From NCBI GenBank assembly GCA_964496205.1, contig CAZBXV010000003.1, positions 13,613 through 77,612 of the forward strand: a stretch of 64,000 nucleotides of DNA, given 5' to 3'. Of this stretch, positions 56,179-64,000 are shown one piece after another. The stretch's first letter is position 1. Every line of letters begins with the position of its first letter. Made by a program: the position numbers and the translations under genes. Source of the stretch: an uncultured Acidimicrobiia bacterium. GTDB taxonomy: Bacteria > Actinomycetota > Acidimicrobiia > Spongiisociales > UBA4744. Below the pieces are notes generated by a model. The model was not told where the DNA came from. It ran no database searches and saw only the letters and a list, made by a program, of their open reading frames with translations.

Positions 56179-57135
56179 CTACCTCTCGACGATCGTGTCG
56201 GTCGCCAGTTCGTAGTTGAGAACCTCTTCGACCGCGTACGGGTCGGGAAGATCATCGACGTACGCGTGCTGTCGTGCGAGACGGCGTCCCACCTCGGCAA
56301 ACCAGAGGTCGTTCGGCACTGGCCACGGCCAGCGGTGAAGGCCGCTGTGCGCCCCGACGATCGCCCCAACGAGCGGGGCCACTACCTCGGCGTGGTCGAA
56401 GATGCCGGCGGCGTCACGCACCACAATCGATGCTTCATCGAACGGACGTGCCGCGATAGCGATCGTGATCGCTGCGGCCTCGACTTCCGGGTCGTCGAGT
56501 TCCCATGACATCACTTCTGCGGACACGTCTTTGGCACCGAGTTCAACAAGGGCCCGGGTTCGTTCTAGAACGTCAGGAACTCCCGTGGATGTTCCCACTC
56601 GGGTCTCGGATTGACGGCCGATCTCGATGGCCCCATTCACCAAGTCCCTTCCCGACTGCCCGTACCCCGCCGCCGCCACCGCGCCGGCGATCATACAGCC
56701 GACGACCGATGACTCGGGACGGCTGTGGGTGGCTTGGATCGTCTCGATGGTGCCATCGACGAGTGCTGCGGGGTCCTTCCGAAACCAGACCCCCACGGGC
56801 ACAGCTCGGATCGCGGCGCCCGCGTTCACGAACGGCAAAGGAGTCGGCGGTGCGAGCTTCGCCTCCTCGATGAACACGTTGAGCCACGCCCCCGGCGTTC
56901 GAAAGACATTCATCCGTCCGTCTTCAGGTGCCGCGTACTCGAGTAGATTCGCTGCCGTCGTGTAGCGCTCGATCGGCAGTGAGCGAAGGAACTGATATGC
57001 AGTGAACACCATTTGCTGGACGGCCGAACCGTATGCGCCACGTGTCCCTGAAACCAACATGTCCCCGGCCGCCGCTCCAAGCAGTGCCCCTTCGCCGCCG
57101 GCTTCGAACGTGGCGGCATGCCGCGAATTGCTCAT
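56179..57135 (-). CDS. ADP-ribosylglycohydrolase family protein
   Basis: ATG verified at 57135. N-terminal GALLGAAAGD, and Asp/Thr-rich metal-binding segments typical of ADP-ribosylglycohydrolases. Confidence 0.7.
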   Translation of the reverse strand: MSNSRHAATFEAGGEGALLGAAAGDMLVSGTRGAYGSAVQQMVFTAYQFLRSLPIERYTTAANLLEYAAPEDGRMNVFRTPGAWLNVFIEEAKLAPPTPLPFVNAGAAIRAVPVGVWFRKDPAALVDGTIETIQATHSRPESSVVGCMIAGAVAAAGYGQSGRDLVNGAIEIGRQSETRVGTSTGVPDVLERTRALVELGAKDVSAEVMSWELDDPEVEAAAITIAIAARPFDEASIVVRDAAGIFDHAEVVAPLVGAIVGAHSGLHRWPWPVPNDLWFAEVGRRLARQHAYVDDLPDPYAVEEVLNYELATDTIVER

Positions 57136-57193
57136 ACCTACCAGTATCGGAGTTGAGCGATCGGTCCTTGAGCGGCGACGGTACTCTTTGAGC

Positions 57194-58120
57194 GTGCGCT
57201 CCCTGCTTCTTGTTGCAAACCCGGCTGCGTCCCGCTTCACCGGCGGCCTGCACCGGTCTGTCGTCGCCCGACTGTCTCGCGCCTATGACGTGGCCACGGT
57301 CTGGCCGACGAGCGCGCCTGGCGCCGAGGCCCTTGCCCTTCAGGCCGCTCAGGACGGTATCGACATCGTGGTCGCGATGGGAGGGGACGGAGTCGTCCAT
57401 CACGTCGTCAACGGAATCGCCGGTTCCGACACGACCCTCGGAATCATCCCTGCGGGCACCACGAACGTGCTTGCTCGTATCCTCGGAATCCCTCGGCGAC
57501 CGGCTCGGGCCGCCTCCTATCTGGCGTCGCTTCCACCCGCCGTGAAGACGGCACTGGTTCGTATCTCGATGGAGTCTGATGACCATGCGACGGTCCGGTA
57601 TGGGACGTTTGCAACCGGGCTCGGATTCGACGCCGAGGTCGTTCGGCGCTCGAATCTGGAGCCATACCGCAAGTACTGGTTTGGCGGCGTTCACTATGCA
57701 CGAACGGCGGCCTCGGTGGTGCTGTCCCCGTCCGGCAGGCGCCGGCCCACGATGCGCGTCGAGGTCGGCGATCGAACCGCAGATGCGGCCGCCGTCCTTG
57801 TCCAGGTACACGATCCCTACACCTACTTCGGACGCATCGCGCTTCGCGTCAGCGGGTCGCCTCACGGCGGGCTCGCGGCACTGGTAATCGATCGGCTCAC
57901 CCTGGTGAACATCCCAAGGATCTTCGCACGGGTTCTCTCCGGAAGAGACCTGTCGTCGATCAAGGGCGTTCAGGTGTGGCCGGATATCGACGAGATGCGG
58001 GTGATCTCGGATCCGCCATCCCCCCTGCAAGCCGACGGCGAGTCGCTCGGGCAACCCGCCGAAGTGACATTCACATCCCTCCCGCACGGGCTGAAGGTCG
58101 TGGCCCCAATCGGCGACTAG
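57194..58120 (+). CDS. diacylglycerol/lipid kinase family protein (DAGK_cat, YegS/Dgk-like)
   Basis: GTG verified at 57194. VAMGGDGVVHHVVNG (GGDG) motif. An upstream ATG would overlap the divergent gene. Confidence 0.75.
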   Translation: MRSLLLVANPAASRFTGGLHRSVVARLSRAYDVATVWPTSAPGAEALALQAAQDGIDIVVAMGGDGVVHHVVNGIAGSDTTLGIIPAGTTNVLARILGIPRRPARAASYLASLPPAVKTALVRISMESDDHATVRYGTFATGLGFDAEVVRRSNLEPYRKYWFGGVHYARTAASVVLSPSGRRRPTMRVEVGDRTADAAAVLVQVHDPYTYFGRIALRVSGSPHGGLAALVIDRLTLVNIPRIFARVLSGRDLSSIKGVQVWPDIDEMRVISDPPSPLQADGESLGQPAEVTFTSLPHGLKVVAPIGD

Positions 58121-58135
58121 TGCACCGTTGACGGC

Positions 58136-58993
58136 TCAGGCCAGCTGTGGCGCTACGGGACGTTCGATAGAGAGGCCGGCGACATCATCGATAGACAGCA
58201 TCCCTATGTCGGAAACGATCCCGGTGAACTGGTCCAGTCCCACGCCTTCCGACAGGGACTTCCTCCAACTGAGATTCGACGTGATCCGGAACAGCCCTGC
58301 GGGCAGGATCTTGTCCCTCCCTGCGGTCAGATACCTGTCGACGCCCGCGATCACCGCGGCGGACGCCAACCGGCGGATGCCCGCCTTGCTCACCGCGCTG
58401 TTCGGTCCGATCGCATCGGCGCCGGAGAGGAGGAGGTCGACACCTGGCAGGAACTCGACCGCCGAATCATCGTCGACTACCTCCACATCGAACCCGGCCG
58501 TCGTGAGTTCGGCCGCCATCTCGAGTCCTTCGCCACCCGGCATGGCTTCGGTACAGCACACCTGAAACGCAGTCTGCTGGTGTGCTGCGTCGAGTACCGC
58601 TCGAACCGAGCGCGACGACCCGTGAACAAGCACCGTCATGCCGTCGGAAAGCAAGTTGGCGCCGACCGAACCGATACGCGCTGTCGACGCTGCCAACCTC
58701 TCCGAAACCGTTCGGGCGACCTCCACGACCTGTTCCGGTCCATCTTCGAGTACGAGATACACCTCATTACACAGCGCGAGCACCGGGGCGCGCACCGCTT
58801 GACGATCGATGAGTAGTTCGAGAGCGTCCTCGATCGCCTCGGGATACGACTCAGGGGCGTAGTCGGCGACGCTTCCGGCAAGCTGTTGGATGGCCGCAGC
58901 CGCCTCGACACCCACCGCAGCGGCGCTGGACACCGCGTCGAGAGAGACGGCCGTTACTTGGCGCCATGCCTGCCACTCTCGCCACTCGGTCAT
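58136..58993 (-). CDS. eIF-2B alpha/beta/delta-related family protein (sugar-phosphate isomerase-like)
   Basis: Family pattern TVLVHGSS, GFDVEVV, LLLSGADAIGPNSAVSKAG. Confidence 0.6.
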   Translation of the reverse strand: MTEWREWQAWRQVTAVSLDAVSSAAAVGVEAAAAIQQLAGSVADYAPESYPEAIEDALELLIDRQAVRAPVLALCNEVYLVLEDGPEQVVEVARTVSERLAASTARIGSVGANLLSDGMTVLVHGSSRSVRAVLDAAHQQTAFQVCCTEAMPGGEGLEMAAELTTAGFDVEVVDDDSAVEFLPGVDLLLSGADAIGPNSAVSKAGIRRLASAAVIAGVDRYLTAGRDKILPAGLFRITSNLSWRKSLSEGVGLDQFTGIVSDIGMLSIDDVAGLSIERPVAPQLA

Positions 58994-59025
58994 AGTCCCC
59001 TTCCGGATCGGATGAACTGTAGCGA

Positions 59026-59862
59026 CTACTCGTCGGGCGTCGGGTCGGAACCATGGGGCAAATGCACGGTCATCTGTGGGAACGGAATCTCGATGCCTTC
59101 ACGATCGAACCGCAGCTTGATTCGCCGGAGCGCTTCCCGCTTGATGGTCCAGCGCGCCGTCGGGGCGACGTTCATCGTCGCCCGTAGGGACACGGACGAA
59201 TTTCCGAGCTCCTGCACCCCGAGCACGGTGGGTTCTTCGAGCACGTCCGCCGAATGCTCGGAGGCGATCGCGCCCAGTTCGTCGCGCATGATCTCCAGCG
59301 CCTTGTCGATATCGCTCGAATAGGAGATGCCGACGTCGACTACCACCGTCGCGAAGGCGCTCGTGTAGTTGGAAGCAACCCCGATCAGCCCATTTGGGAT
59401 GTAGTGGACGTAGCCGTTGAGATCTCGGAGAACGGTCACGCGAAGGCGCATCTCCTGAACCGCACCGGCGACACCGGCGACGTTCACGACGTCACCGATC
59501 GCGAACTGGTTCTCGGCGAGAATCAAGAACCCGGAGATCATATCCTTCACAACGCTCTGAGCGCCGAGGCCGACAGCCACGGCGGCCGCCGAACCGACCG
59601 CCACGAACGGCGTAATCGGGATCGACCAGATGCCCATGAGCGTCAGCGCCACAACGATCAGCACGATGACGAACAACAAGCGGCGAGTTCCAACCCACAG
59701 CGTGTTGGCCCGCTGGGACCGCTCCTGATCGGCAACCGACTCACCCTGCCCGATCCGTTTGACGTAGTGGGCGACGGCTCGTGTCAGCATGAACCACACG
59801 ACCACAACAGCGGCGAGCACGACCGCGCTTCTGATGATCTCCTGAAGAATCGTGCTATCCAT
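59026..59862 (-). CDS. small-conductance mechanosensitive channel (MscS family)
   Basis: ATG verified at 59862. Three TM helices then the MscS beta-domain (FAIGDVV..., GLIG). The ORF-track upstream part is Arg-rich and overlaps the neighbouring gene. Confidence 0.8.
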   Translation of the reverse strand: MDSTILQEIIRSAVVLAAVVVVWFMLTRAVAHYVKRIGQGESVADQERSQRANTLWVGTRRLLFVIVLIVVALTLMGIWSIPITPFVAVGSAAAVAVGLGAQSVVKDMISGFLILAENQFAIGDVVNVAGVAGAVQEMRLRVTVLRDLNGYVHYIPNGLIGVASNYTSAFATVVVDVGISYSSDIDKALEIMRDELGAIASEHSADVLEEPTVLGVQELGNSSVSLRATMNVAPTARWTIKREALRRIKLRFDREGIEIPFPQMTVHLPHGSDPTPDE

Positions 59863-59906
59863 CGCGGACAGGCTAGTGCCCCACCCATCCGGCCTACGGC
59901 CGGTGT

Positions 59907-61442
59907 CTACCGACCCGTTTCGATTTTGGCCGCCTCGATCGCGAGTTCGACCAGCAGCCCGCTCACCTCTGCACGGTCTCTCATCACGGTACGAACATCC
60001 ACGCCGAGTCTTCGATCGATCTGCTCGCCGAGCGCCGCCACGGTGGATGCGCGGTGTATCTCGGCTGCTGTGCGTCCTGAACGCGTCCCACTCCATCGAG
60101 AGAGGCGGATGATGCCGGCCCAGGCAAGGATCGCGAACACACCGACGATCACCGGCCAGGGCCACGATCCGGATCGCAGCAAGTCCGGTCTTGCCCAACC
60201 CCACACGATCGCTCCGGCCAGGGCCACTACCAGCAGCCACTGGGCGATGGCTGCCGGGCGCCACCATCGTGCAGGGGTCGGCATGGGGCTCCCGAACGCC
60301 TTCGCTCCTTCCAGACTTCGCCGCATCTGGGTCGCCACCTCGTGTGGATCGAACGACGTTCTGAGCCGGGCTCCGAAGTGGCCACCTGTTTCGAATGCGA
60401 GGTCCGTGACCAACGAATCAAAGGTGCCTGACGCTTCCTGGATCGCGGCAGCCTCCCTACCGGTTTCCTCGGCTTTCGGAGGTTCCTCGGCGCGGACGAA
60501 CAAGCCGATGGGACTCGATCGGATGGCGAGACGCCGACCGGCGCGTTCGGCTGCGGTGATTTCCGGTTCGCCGACCCGTGCGTCGGCGAGGACCCCCGCG
60601 GCTCTGTCCCTCGCCTCCTCCCATCGATGGTCGAAATCCACCCCTCCACCCACCCCGACGATGCTGGAAACATCGTCGGTCGCCGTGCGGAGATCGTTCG
60701 CGAGCTTGTTCAGGACGAGTCGTTTCGCATGGAGCCGTTCTTCGAGGAATCGGATGAGCGAGGCGATGCCTGCGAGGTGGCCCGGTTTCGCAACGGTGGA
60801 AAACAGATCTGCCCTATCGATACCGTCTTCGGCAAGCCGCGTGAGCAGATCTGCACGCACGAGATCCACTTCCTCCTTCTCCAGCAGGTCAATCTGGTTG
60901 AGGACGAAAAGGAATCGATCCTGATGCCCGGCGAGTGGCCGGAGATACCCTTGGTGGATCGCTCGGTCGGCGTACTTCTGCGGGTCGAACACCCAGACGA
61001 TCGCATCAACTCTCGGAACGAGGCGCTCCACGACGGCTCGGTGGGCGGTCTCGACAGAATCGAAGTCGGGCAGGTCGATGATCGCAACATCGAGTCGCCC
61101 GGAGTGGCCGATCCTTTCATCAACATCGAGTGAATCGAGAAGTCGTGTCAGACCCGGTTCCGGCATCGCAGGAATCCACGCTCTCGGATGGTCGGTGGTT
61201 GGGCGCATGGCGCCGGTCTCGGCGACCTGTGTGCCGGCGATCGCGTTGAGGAGACTCGACTTGCCGACCCCGGTGCCCCCTGCCAGAGCGACCACGACGG
61301 TTTCTCCGAGGAATCCGAGCCTCGCTCTCGTCTGTTCGGAGAGTTGCGCGTACGTGCCGAGGCGTTCATCACCTGTGATGTCGTGCGCCTTCGTGACCAG
61401 CACGTCGAGCGTATCAAGTGCCCTCCCTGGATCACCTGCCAT
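59907..61442 (-). CDS. dynamin-like GTPase, membrane-anchored (DynB-like; C-terminal two-TM hairpin)
   Basis: G1 GGTGVGKSS, G3-like DLPDFDS, G4-like LNQID. C-terminal TM hairpin WLLVVALAGAIVWGW...VIVGVFAILAWAGII. ATG verified at 61442, 11-bp overlap with the upstream gene. Confidence 0.6.
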   Translation of the reverse strand: MAGDPGRALDTLDVLVTKAHDITGDERLGTYAQLSEQTRARLGFLGETVVVALAGGTGVGKSSLLNAIAGTQVAETGAMRPTTDHPRAWIPAMPEPGLTRLLDSLDVDERIGHSGRLDVAIIDLPDFDSVETAHRAVVERLVPRVDAIVWVFDPQKYADRAIHQGYLRPLAGHQDRFLFVLNQIDLLEKEEVDLVRADLLTRLAEDGIDRADLFSTVAKPGHLAGIASLIRFLEERLHAKRLVLNKLANDLRTATDDVSSIVGVGGGVDFDHRWEEARDRAAGVLADARVGEPEITAAERAGRRLAIRSSPIGLFVRAEEPPKAEETGREAAAIQEASGTFDSLVTDLAFETGGHFGARLRTSFDPHEVATQMRRSLEGAKAFGSPMPTPARWWRPAAIAQWLLVVALAGAIVWGWARPDLLRSGSWPWPVIVGVFAILAWAGIIRLSRWSGTRSGRTAAEIHRASTVAALGEQIDRRLGVDVRTVMRDRAEVSGLLVELAIEAAKIETGR

Positions 61443-63096
61443 AGAACACCTCGGCTGCAGCGCCCACGGCCCGCGCTGCTTCATCGAGTCGAGGATCGAG
61501 CCGTGCAGCGAGCCCGCGCACCTTGCCGGTGAATCGTGCCGACTCGGCGTCGAACACGTCGTGCATTCGTTCTTCGAGTGATGTGCGTGCAGTGGTGACC
61601 ATCGATCGGACAACGGCGGTTCCGAAGACCTGTTCCAGGAGCTTCTGCTGCAACGCCGCCGCTCCTGCCGCAACACCCAGTTCGCCACCCGTGAGCCCGC
61701 CGGTTTGGGCGAAGATCACGACCATTGCGACCACGGCTGCGGCGTTCACGCCGAGGGAGCTCAGCTGCGCCTTGCGCTTCCGGTCCTGCCCCTGTTCGGT
61801 GACGAGCGTTCCGATGTCGATGATCCATTCGTCCAGCATCGTGTCGAGCCGATCGTCCAGGTCCGGTGATGAACGCCACAACAGGCTGTTGGCGATCAGG
61901 GTCTTGCCGGCCGGGTCGAGTTCCCATGCCGATGCAGCTCGGGCTGCCGCCGCGTCGAGATGCCGTCGAAGCTCAAGAGCGAAGGCGCGGCGTGCGTCGG
62001 CATCGATCTGCTTTGGCTTTCCGGACAGGGAGCGTCCGAAGCTTCCCAACCGTTCGGAGAGTGCGGTCAAGAACCGGCCCGTTCCGAGGAACTTCTGCCA
62101 TCTGGCTGCGACCTCGGCTCTGATCAGCGTCCCATCTTCCAGCGATCGAACCACCTGGCGGTACTGATCGGCGTACATGTCGAACGCGATGTCGGCGAGG
62201 GCGTCGGCCTCGTTCATATCGTGGCGGGTTTCGTCCGCGAGTTGCTCGGAACGGACGACGACGTCCTCGATGCTGCCTCGGGTGGCGTCGATGAGCACCT
62301 CGTGGCGGCGGACAGGATCGGAGAGCTGTTCGAGGAGAGACTTGACCGGCTCCACGGTCGATGCCGGCAGTTGCCCATCAACGACGGCCTGTTCCTCGAT
62401 CTCCACCACCTCACGGTGTGCGACTGCTCGCTCTCGCAGGTGCCGCTTGAAATCACCGACGACACCTTCACCGCCGGCCGGAAGCCTGTTGATGACGAAA
62501 ACGGTCGGTACACCTCGCTGATGTGCACGCTTGAGGAACTCCCACGGGACAGCGTCGGCGTAGCGCTGTGCACTGGTTACGAATACGCAGAGATCGGCTA
62601 TCTCGAGCAGCCGTTCTGCGATCTCTCGATGTTCGGTCACGACTGAGTCGAAGTCTGGTGCGTCGACGATCGTTGCTCCACGAAGGAGCCCCTCGTGGCC
62701 GGTCACGACCCGCGGAGAAACGGCGGCGAACGGGCCCTCCCTGTACTCGTCGGCGTTCTCTGCGTGACACCAGACGACTGGCGCCGTCGTCGTCGGCCGA
62801 ACTGCACCGGTCTCGGTGATGTTTCTGCCGGCGAGCGTGTTGACGATCGTGGACTTGCCGCTCCCGGTGGCCCCAACCACCACGGCGACGACGTCTCCAT
62901 CCAGATCCGCGAGTCTCGGGATGAGATAGGTACGGATGCTCAGAGTGAGGTCGTCACGCAGTTCGATCCGACGATCACGATCCGTCGATGGCAGCTCGAA
63001 CGAGACTTCTTCGACCCGCTCGGCGAGTTCGTCGAGCACTGCCCGCAGACGCGCGACAGGAGAGACATGACGTTGCACCCTCGGATTGTCCCACAC
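61432..63096 (-). CDS. dynamin-like GTPase, soluble (DynA-like)
   Basis: G1 GATGSGKST, G3-like DAPDFDS, G4-like VINR. Long helical C-terminus. GTG start preceded by AGGTGA, 1 nt after the kinase stop. Confidence 0.6.
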   Translation of the reverse strand: MWDNPRVQRHVSPVARLRAVLDELAERVEEVSFELPSTDRDRRIELRDDLTLSIRTYLIPRLADLDGDVVAVVVGATGSGKSTIVNTLAGRNITETGAVRPTTTAPVVWCHAENADEYREGPFAAVSPRVVTGHEGLLRGATIVDAPDFDSVVTEHREIAERLLEIADLCVFVTSAQRYADAVPWEFLKRAHQRGVPTVFVINRLPAGGEGVVGDFKRHLRERAVAHREVVEIEEQAVVDGQLPASTVEPVKSLLEQLSDPVRRHEVLIDATRGSIEDVVVRSEQLADETRHDMNEADALADIAFDMYADQYRQVVRSLEDGTLIRAEVAARWQKFLGTGRFLTALSERLGSFGRSLSGKPKQIDADARRAFALELRRHLDAAAARAASAWELDPAGKTLIANSLLWRSSPDLDDRLDTMLDEWIIDIGTLVTEQGQDRKRKAQLSSLGVNAAAVVAMVVIFAQTGGLTGGELGVAAGAAALQQKLLEQVFGTAVVRSMVTTARTSLEERMHDVFDAESARFTGKVRGLAARLDPRLDEAARAVGAAAEVFYGR

Positions 63097-63097
63097 A

Positions 63098-64000
63098 TCA
63101 CCTGCCGAATATCACCTCGACACGAGCACCACCATCCTCTGTCGATCCGATCGTGAGGGTGCCACCGGTCGACTCGGCGGTCCTGCGGGCAATGTCCAGC
63201 CCGAGCCCTGTCGATCCGGTACCGGAGTGACCGCGCCGCACGAGATCCTCGTGTTGGAACCCAGGGCCCGAGTCCTCGACAACGAGCGTCACGTGTCCAT
63301 CTAGCTCATCGGCGGCAACCTTGAAGGACGTTCCTTCAGGCGTGTGTGCGAGCACGTTGCCCAGCAGCGCGTCGATCATCGCCGAGGCGTCCTCGGATGC
63401 GACATCGACCGTCAGCGGCCGGTGAGGCATGTCGACGGTCCACTGTCGATCCTGGTCGTCCGCAAGAGCCCCCCAGAAAGCGAGGCGCTCGTCGAGGATC
63501 GCAGTCAGATCGACGGACACACCGATGCCTTCCCTGAGAGGACGCCGGGCTTGACGAATGACGTAGTCGACCGTCCTCTCGAGGTCGTCCAGGTCGGACA
63601 GTATCCGCTCTGTCTTGTCCGGCATCGCCTCGATGTCGAGCCGCAGGGCAGTCAGCGGGGTCCGCAACCGGTGCGAGAGGTCGGCCGCGCTGCGCCGCTC
63701 TTCGTCGAGCAGATCCCCGACTCGACGTGCCAGACGGTTGAACGCCTCACCGACCTCGACGACCTCGGGAGGGCCACCAGGTAGCACCCGGACGGACAGG
63801 TCGCCTTCCCCGAGTCGATGGGATGCCTCGGACAGATCTCGAACCGGTTCGACGACGGTACGCCCGAGCCGGTCGGCGACAACGGCCGAGAGGGCTATGA
63901 GCGCAACACCGAGAGCACCAAGGATGACCCACGAGATGCCCACGTTTCTCGCTAGGAGCGAGTTGGCGACGAAAACCCGCACCACCGCCGTCTCACCGCC
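63098..64000 (-). CDS. sensor histidine kinase (HAMP-HisKA-HATPase_c), N-terminus beyond window edge
   Basis: H-box SHRLRTPL. N-box/G-boxes LLGNVLAHT, DSGPGF, GTGLGL. The reading frame stays open to position 64000, so the sensor/TM1 region is missing from the window. Confidence 0.75.
   Translation of the reverse strand, partial: GGETAVVRVFVANSLLARNVGISWVILGALGVALIALSAVVADRLGRTVVEPVRDLSEASHRLGEGDLSVRVLPGGPPEVVEVGEAFNRLARRVGDLLDEERRSAADLSHRLRTPLTALRLDIEAMPDKTERILSDLDDLERTVDYVIRQARRPLREGIGVSVDLTAILDERLAFWGALADDQDRQWTVDMPHRPLTVDVASEDASAMIDALLGNVLAHTPEGTSFKVAADELDGHVTLVVEDSGPGFQHEDLVRRGHSGTGSTGLGLDIARRTAESTGGTLTIGSTEDGGARVEVIFGR

Noticed and set aside
1-64000. Search for CRISPR arrays, insertion sequences, integrases, phage genes
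   Set aside because: No regularly spaced direct repeats, terminal inverted repeats, transposase or integrase or phage structural motifs were seen. Composition is uniform. The segment looks like core chromosome.

Overview
High-GC (roughly 65-70%) densely coding chromosomal segment with actinobacterial character: Thr/Ala-rich linkers in secreted lipoproteins, a split MFE-2-type fatty-acid module, a DynA/DynB-like dynamin pair, and frequent ATGA/GTGA start-stop overlaps. I call about 58 protein-coding genes on both strands. I found no rRNA, tRNA, CRISPR array, transposase or integrase. Most genes are housekeeping or metabolic: malQ, gpsA, ychF, serC, pruA, rnhA, an S9 peptidase, GH13 alpha-glucosidase, an acyl-CoA ligase/AMACR-like/SDR block, aminotransferases, MFS transporters, and a CPA2 antiporter fused to two Usp domains. 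The most interesting structure is an archaeal-style DNA-end-resection gene set. A HerA-like FtsK/HerA-superfamily ATPase (36607-38271) lies about 2.5 kb from a translationally coupled sbcD-sbcC-NurA-like nuclease operon (29681-34070), all on the minus strand. The HerA-like ATPase has an atypical P-loop. Other items worth a second look: a tandem soluble plus 2-TM-anchored dynamin-like GTPase pair downstream of a histidine kinase, followed on the same strand, with short gaps, by MscS and an eIF2B-like gene; a kinase-fold protein GTGA-coupled to a class-III aminotransferase-family enzyme; a CPBP intramembrane protease coupled to a small HExxHxxQ membrane protein; an Atg22/UMF1-type MFS transporter carrying a roughly 230-aa inserted extracytoplasmic domain; an RNase HI with an N-terminal zinc ribbon; and several structured intergenic hairpins. 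All identifications come from reading motifs in the supplied translations. No database search was run.
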